DNA from: Candidatus Obscuribacterales bacterium | GTDB taxonomy: Bacteria; Cyanobacteriota; Vampirovibrionia; Obscuribacterales; Obscuribacteraceae | Reading direction: 5' to 3' | Assembly (NCBI GenBank): GCA_965228855.1 | Contig: CBDDIJ010000003.1 | Span: forward strand, 3,488,001-3,552,000 | Length of the DNA stretch: 64,000 nt | In this document: piece by piece, positions 60,355 through 64,000 of the stretch | Position numbering within the stretch: the first letter of the stretch is position 1 | How the letters are laid out: each line of letters opens with the position of its first letter | The notes under the pieces: model-generated | What the model was told of the DNA's origin: nothing | What the model saw: only the letters and a program-made list of their open reading frames with translations | Database searches by the model: none | Made by a program: the position numbers and the translations under genes

Positions 60355-60531
60355 TTAACCACCGCAGCAGCCGCCCTCTTCTTTGTCATCCTTCTGGTTG
60401 CCTTTTTCCTGGACGTCTTTTTCCTGACGCTCAAGCTTATCCTTGTCGTCGCCCTTTCGGCCCTGGTCCTGTTTCTCTTCAAGACCTTTATCTTTTTTCT
60501 CTTCTAAAGTCTCTTTATCCTTAGTAGCCAT
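60355..60531 (-). CDS. Small hydrophilic K/D/E-rich protein ending in GGCCGG
   Basis: ATG 60531 after AAAGGAG; MATKDKETLEEKKDK...KEEGGCCGG*. Confidence 0.65.
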   Translation of the reverse strand: MATKDKETLEEKKDKGLEEKQDQGRKGDDKDKLERQEKDVQEKGNQKDDKEEGGCCGG

Positions 60532-60682
60532 AAAACTCACTCCTTTGGATTCATCCATTTAAGTTTTGCCTACGGGACCAGCAGACTCCGGCTTTTGTTC
60601 CCTGATTTACCGAAAGAGAGTTGGAACAAATTGGGTAACTCACCCATCCCGTAATCACTCTCTTGTTTGCAGAGGAAACTAA

Positions 60683-62110
60683 ATGAGAAAAGCCGCAAAG
60701 TACGACGTGGTGATCCTGGGTTCGGGCTCTACCGCAGCAGCCGCCGCAAAAGTGGCAAGAGAACTGGACAAAACGGTTCTTATTACAGAGGAACGACTGC
60801 TAGGAGGTACTTGCCTGAATTACGGGTGTGTGCCATCTAAGTTTTTGATCGAGGCGGCAAAGGCCTATTACACAATGAAACGACCTCGTTTTTACGGCAT
60901 AGAATGCGTTGAATCCAGGCTGGTTTTCGAAGATCTGATTCAGCAGAAAGGCGAGATTGTGCGTCAATATAGAGAAAAGAAGCGTGACACCATATATGAT
61001 GACGACGGTATGAAGCTAGTTCGCGGTCATGCTGTCTTTGCGGATGAAACCACTATAGAAGTCGATGGAAAGCGCTATAAGGGAGACAAGATACTAATTG
61101 CCACCGGCAGTAGACCCCTGATTCCTGAAATTAAAGGTCTCTCCACGACCGGATACCTTACCAGCGATCTGCTCACAGTTGACGAACCCGGCGAGCTGAG
61201 AACATTACCTGAGTCGTTGATCATCGTAGGTGGTGGCTATATCGCAATTGAACTTGGACAGATGTTCGCCAGATTCGGCACGAAGGTGACGATGATAGAG
61301 CGCAGCGCGCAACTGCTAAGCCACGGTTATGAGCCTGAAGTCGGAGAAATTATACAGCGAGTCTTAGAAGACGAAGGTATAGAACTTATTTTAAACGCCA
61401 CAGTTGAATCGGTGGAAAAATCGAAGACAAGCAATTACAGAATCAACGTGAAGTTCGGAGGCAAAGCTAAGGAGTTTCGCGCAGAACATTTACTTATCGC
61501 CGCTGGTAGGCAGCCAAATGCCGATCACATTCACACAGAACGCGCCGGCGTGAGAATCGCAAAAGATGGATACGTAGAGGTAGATGAACACTTTCGCACT
61601 AGCACTGAAAATATCTATGCTTGTGGTGACGTTATTGGCCCGGAACTCGGCAATCAAATGGCCACGCCAGTTGGCGTCATGGATGCGAAGACGGCAATTC
61701 ATAACGCATTCTCAGAGATTGGTGGACAAACTCCTGACCGCAGAGTGGTACCGAGAGCGATATTTTCAGACCCGGAGATTGCAACCGTCGGACTAACCGC
61801 AGAGAAAGCGAGAGCACGAGGCTATTCGATTCAGATAAGATCTATTCCGCTCACGTGGGTGCCGCGTGCCGTGATGATGCAGCACACGGATGGTCTGGTA
61901 AAAATCATCAGCGACTCTGAAAATGATGAGTTGCTTGGCGCGACAATCGTTGGTCCGTCTGCTGGAGATCTGGCGCAGCAGATAGCTCTCGGCATGCGGT
62001 TGAATGCTCGGCTCTCAGATTTCTCGGATGCTCTGTATGTTTACCCGAGTCTCTCTGAGTCTTTGAAATTCGCCGCCCGAACATCGCCTGACGAGGAGGA
62101 CGCTAGCTAG
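60683..62110 (+). CDS. Mercuric reductase-like flavin disulfide reductase lacking the C-terminal Cys-Cys
   Basis: GSGS, GGTCLNYGCVPSK, GGGYIA, GDV; YVYPSLSE in place of the LpdA HPT..E motif; ends ARTSPDEEDAS. Confidence 0.85.
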   Translation: MRKAAKYDVVILGSGSTAAAAAKVARELDKTVLITEERLLGGTCLNYGCVPSKFLIEAAKAYYTMKRPRFYGIECVESRLVFEDLIQQKGEIVRQYREKKRDTIYDDDGMKLVRGHAVFADETTIEVDGKRYKGDKILIATGSRPLIPEIKGLSTTGYLTSDLLTVDEPGELRTLPESLIIVGGGYIAIELGQMFARFGTKVTMIERSAQLLSHGYEPEVGEIIQRVLEDEGIELILNATVESVEKSKTSNYRINVKFGGKAKEFRAEHLLIAAGRQPNADHIHTERAGVRIAKDGYVEVDEHFRTSTENIYACGDVIGPELGNQMATPVGVMDAKTAIHNAFSEIGGQTPDRRVVPRAIFSDPEIATVGLTAEKARARGYSIQIRSIPLTWVPRAVMMQHTDGLVKIISDSENDELLGATIVGPSAGDLAQQIALGMRLNARLSDFSDALYVYPSLSESLKFAARTSPDEEDAS

Positions 62111-62138
62111 AAAGAACGGAACCTTGTTCCGTTCTTCC
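62110..62138. terminator. Hairpin terminator
   Basis: AAGAACGGAAC-CTT-GTTCCGTTCTT. Confidence 0.6.
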
Positions 62139-62178
62139 CATAATTCGTCAGACTCCAGACGTGATGAGTGAAATTGAC

Positions 62179-62580
62179 CTACATCGAAGTGATCTTCTGG
62201 AGGTTGCCTACTGTTTTTCTAGCTTCGTTTGCACATGCTTGCATCTGTTTATCATCACCAAACTGATCGCAAGATTTAGCAACCTGATTACATGCGTCGA
62301 TCGTCATTGCAGCCGACTTCTTCTGTAGCGCAGAGCCACGCGTAATAAACTTTTCCGTCGCATCGCACGCGGTGATGCAGTCTTTCAAAACATTCGTCAC
62401 GTTTGCTTTTCCGAGTTTCCCCTTCTTGGTGTTCACATAATCGAGAGTCTTTTGACAAACATCCGACGTGTGCTTACAATTGCCTTTCGCAATATCTTCA
62501 GTTGTTTGAGCGAGGGCAGGACTCAGCGAACACGTGTACAACGTAGTCGACGCCGCCATCAGTAATAGGAGCTTTCTCAT
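62179..62580 (-). CDS. Exported four-helix-bundle Cys-rich protein (Csp/DUF326-like)
   Basis: GGAGG RBS; ALA|Q signal; C-x6-C, DCITAC, AC..VAKSC, QACA pattern. Confidence 0.7.
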   Translation of the reverse strand: MRKLLLLMAASTTLYTCSLSPALAQTTEDIAKGNCKHTSDVCQKTLDYVNTKKGKLGKANVTNVLKDCITACDATEKFITRGSALQKKSAAMTIDACNQVAKSCDQFGDDKQMQACANEARKTVGNLQKITSM

Positions 62581-62775
62581 TATCATTAACCTCCACGAAG
62601 CACCCCAGGTGTCTTCTATCGAATACTTTAAAGTTTCCAATTACGTGACTGGGATTCGCTCGAAAAGATTCCAATCGGTTGCAAGTTTTATCAACTTTTT
62701 TCGAGTCGCGATTTTTCGGCGTTTAAGTGCCTATGACTAGGCATTAATGCGCCAACGGTTTGCTAAAAACTTTCG

Positions 62776-63501
62776 CTAATCAAGCCACTCGGTCAAATAA
62801 TCTCGTATGCAGTCAGCCCAGATTTTATAGCCTTTAGCAGAGAGGTGCAAAAGGTCGGGCATGACCTCCAGAGGTACATCTCCCGCTTTATCGACGAACG
62901 AATTTCCGATGTCTAAAAACTTAATGTCTTTCCCGTTATCGAGCTTTGCAGTAATCTCGTTGACCTTATCTATTGAGCTGCGCACCCGATCCTTTGCGTA
63001 ACCGCGAGGGAGAATACCGAGCACCAAAATCTTCGTCGAGGGCAAACGTTTCTTGATCGTCTTCACGATCTGCCCAATATTGTTCGCAATTTTCTCAGGT
63101 GGGTCTCCATGAGACAAATCGTTTGTGCCAATCATGAGGACAGTTATCTTCGGGCTGATACCTATGAGTTCTTCGTTCAATCGAGCGAGCACACCATATG
63201 TAGTATCACCTGAAATTCCGAAATTACCTGCATTCCATTTTGCGAATTCAGAGTCCCAAACCGATTTACCGTCGCTTAACCAGTATTCAGTGATGGAATC
63301 ACCGATGAACAGCAGGTCGATGTTACCCTCCTTCGCGGCTTTTACGAACCGCTCATGTTTCTTATTGTAATTGTCTACAGCGCGCTGCGCATGTTGAGGT
63401 TCAGAACCGTTTTCGGCTCTCGTTGAACAGGAAGACAGGAAAAATCCAATCGCGCAGATAGAAGAGACGATAAAGGCAGTTTTGAATTTCAGTATTTGCA
63501 T
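62776..63501 (-). CDS. SGNH/GDSL hydrolase lipoprotein (PAF-acetylhydrolase IB-like)
   Basis: Lipobox LSSC; GDSITE, GISGD, GTND, DLLH. Confidence 0.92.
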   Translation of the reverse strand: MQILKFKTAFIVSSICAIGFFLSSCSTRAENGSEPQHAQRAVDNYNKKHERFVKAAKEGNIDLLFIGDSITEYWLSDGKSVWDSEFAKWNAGNFGISGDTTYGVLARLNEELIGISPKITVLMIGTNDLSHGDPPEKIANNIGQIVKTIKKRLPSTKILVLGILPRGYAKDRVRSSIDKVNEITAKLDNGKDIKFLDIGNSFVDKAGDVPLEVMPDLLHLSAKGYKIWADCIRDYLTEWLD

Positions 63502-63637
63502 TTACTTCAGAAGCGGTCAGGGCGAGCAGGCATTATAGCGATAATGATAAGCGAGATCTAGAAAGGTGTTGTATATTGATCGAATTCGGAATCCGCTTAA
63601 ATTCCCAGCCCTGAACTGCTCAACTCGAGAAAAACAT

Positions 63638-64000
63638 ATGCGAAAAACGGTCGTCTTTCTTCTGTCCTGTTTCTCAATAGCAATTATTGCATCGTCGCCT
63701 GCTGTCGCCTCCGATCTGCAAGATGGGGCAAAACTTTACGCAGAAGGCAATTACTCGAAGGCGCTTCCCTTTCTACAAAGGGCTGCCCAACTTTCTCCGA
63801 TGTCATGGCAAACGCACTATTATCTGGCGAACACAAATTTAGCGCTAGGGCGTATGGGGACCGCAAAATACGAATATGAACTATGCCTGAAAATCTGTAA
63901 TAAGCCCGATATCATAGCGCGATGCAGAGAGGGACTTGCCCGCGCTGAGAAGCACTCGTCGCAAACACGGACAGCGACCAACTCGTCATCCGCTCCTGCA
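63638..64000 (+). CDS. Exported TPR protein (partial, runs off the window)
   Basis: MRKTVVFLLSCFSIAIIASSPAVA|SDLQDGAKLYAEGNYSKA...HYYLANTNLALG. Confidence 0.8.
   Translation, partial: MRKTVVFLLSCFSIAIIASSPAVASDLQDGAKLYAEGNYSKALPFLQRAAQLSPMSWQTHYYLANTNLALGRMGTAKYEYELCLKICNKPDIIARCREGLARAEKHSSQTRTATNSSSAPA

Noticed and set aside
60339..60482. Basic N-terminal extension or programmed frameshift joining the CCGG and Pro-rich ORFs
   Set aside because: The extension is the alternate frame of the CCGG gene, which has the RBS; I have no positive evidence for recoding
60683..62110. Calling this merA or lpdA
   Set aside because: It lacks the MerA C-terminal Cys-Cys and mer context, and lacks the LpdA catalytic His motif
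1..64000. Prophage, transposase, integrase, tRNA, rRNA or known defence system
   Set aside because: No hallmark genes or RNA structures recognised by eye

Overview
A gene-dense bacterial chromosome segment with about 56 supportable CDS. I saw no rRNA, tRNA, CRISPR array or transposase. The gene content suggests a non-photosynthetic cyanobacterial relative such as Melainabacteria/Obscuribacterales; this is inference from an exported Sel1/caspase/TPR protein, a Cys-rich LRR Ser/Thr kinase, many exported TPR proteins and a cyanobacterial SigG-like ECF sigma factor. Positions 1-30 kb hold envelope, signalling and proteolysis genes: serpin, desaturase, caspase, histidine kinase, two Ser/Thr kinases, exported TldD/E, XdhC/MocA and a debranching enzyme. 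Positions 31-63 kb are rich in general-stress-type genes: nucleotidyltransferase/metallophosphoesterase pair, OsmC, Gfo, LigD polymerase domain, FAD/Rieske oxidoreductase, DUF6328, CBS, MerA-like and Csp-like proteins. This part also holds a molybdopterin oxidoreductase with an NrfC-NrfD partner and a MocR regulator. The main unexplained signals are: (1) two unannotated paralogs 10 kb apart that share an identical upstream 11-mer; (2) a Rieske oxygenase fused through a signal-peptide-like helix to a TPR protein; (3) a recurrent GGAAC-N17-GTC ECF-type promoter that outlines a stress regulon and precedes a hidden 54-aa ORF; (4) a MerA-like reductase lacking its C-terminal Cys-Cys, divergent from a small protein ending in CCGG; (5) a divergent nucleotidyltransferase/phosphoesterase pair; (6) three exported helical-repeat paralogs. 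All calls come from reading motifs by eye; no searches were run.
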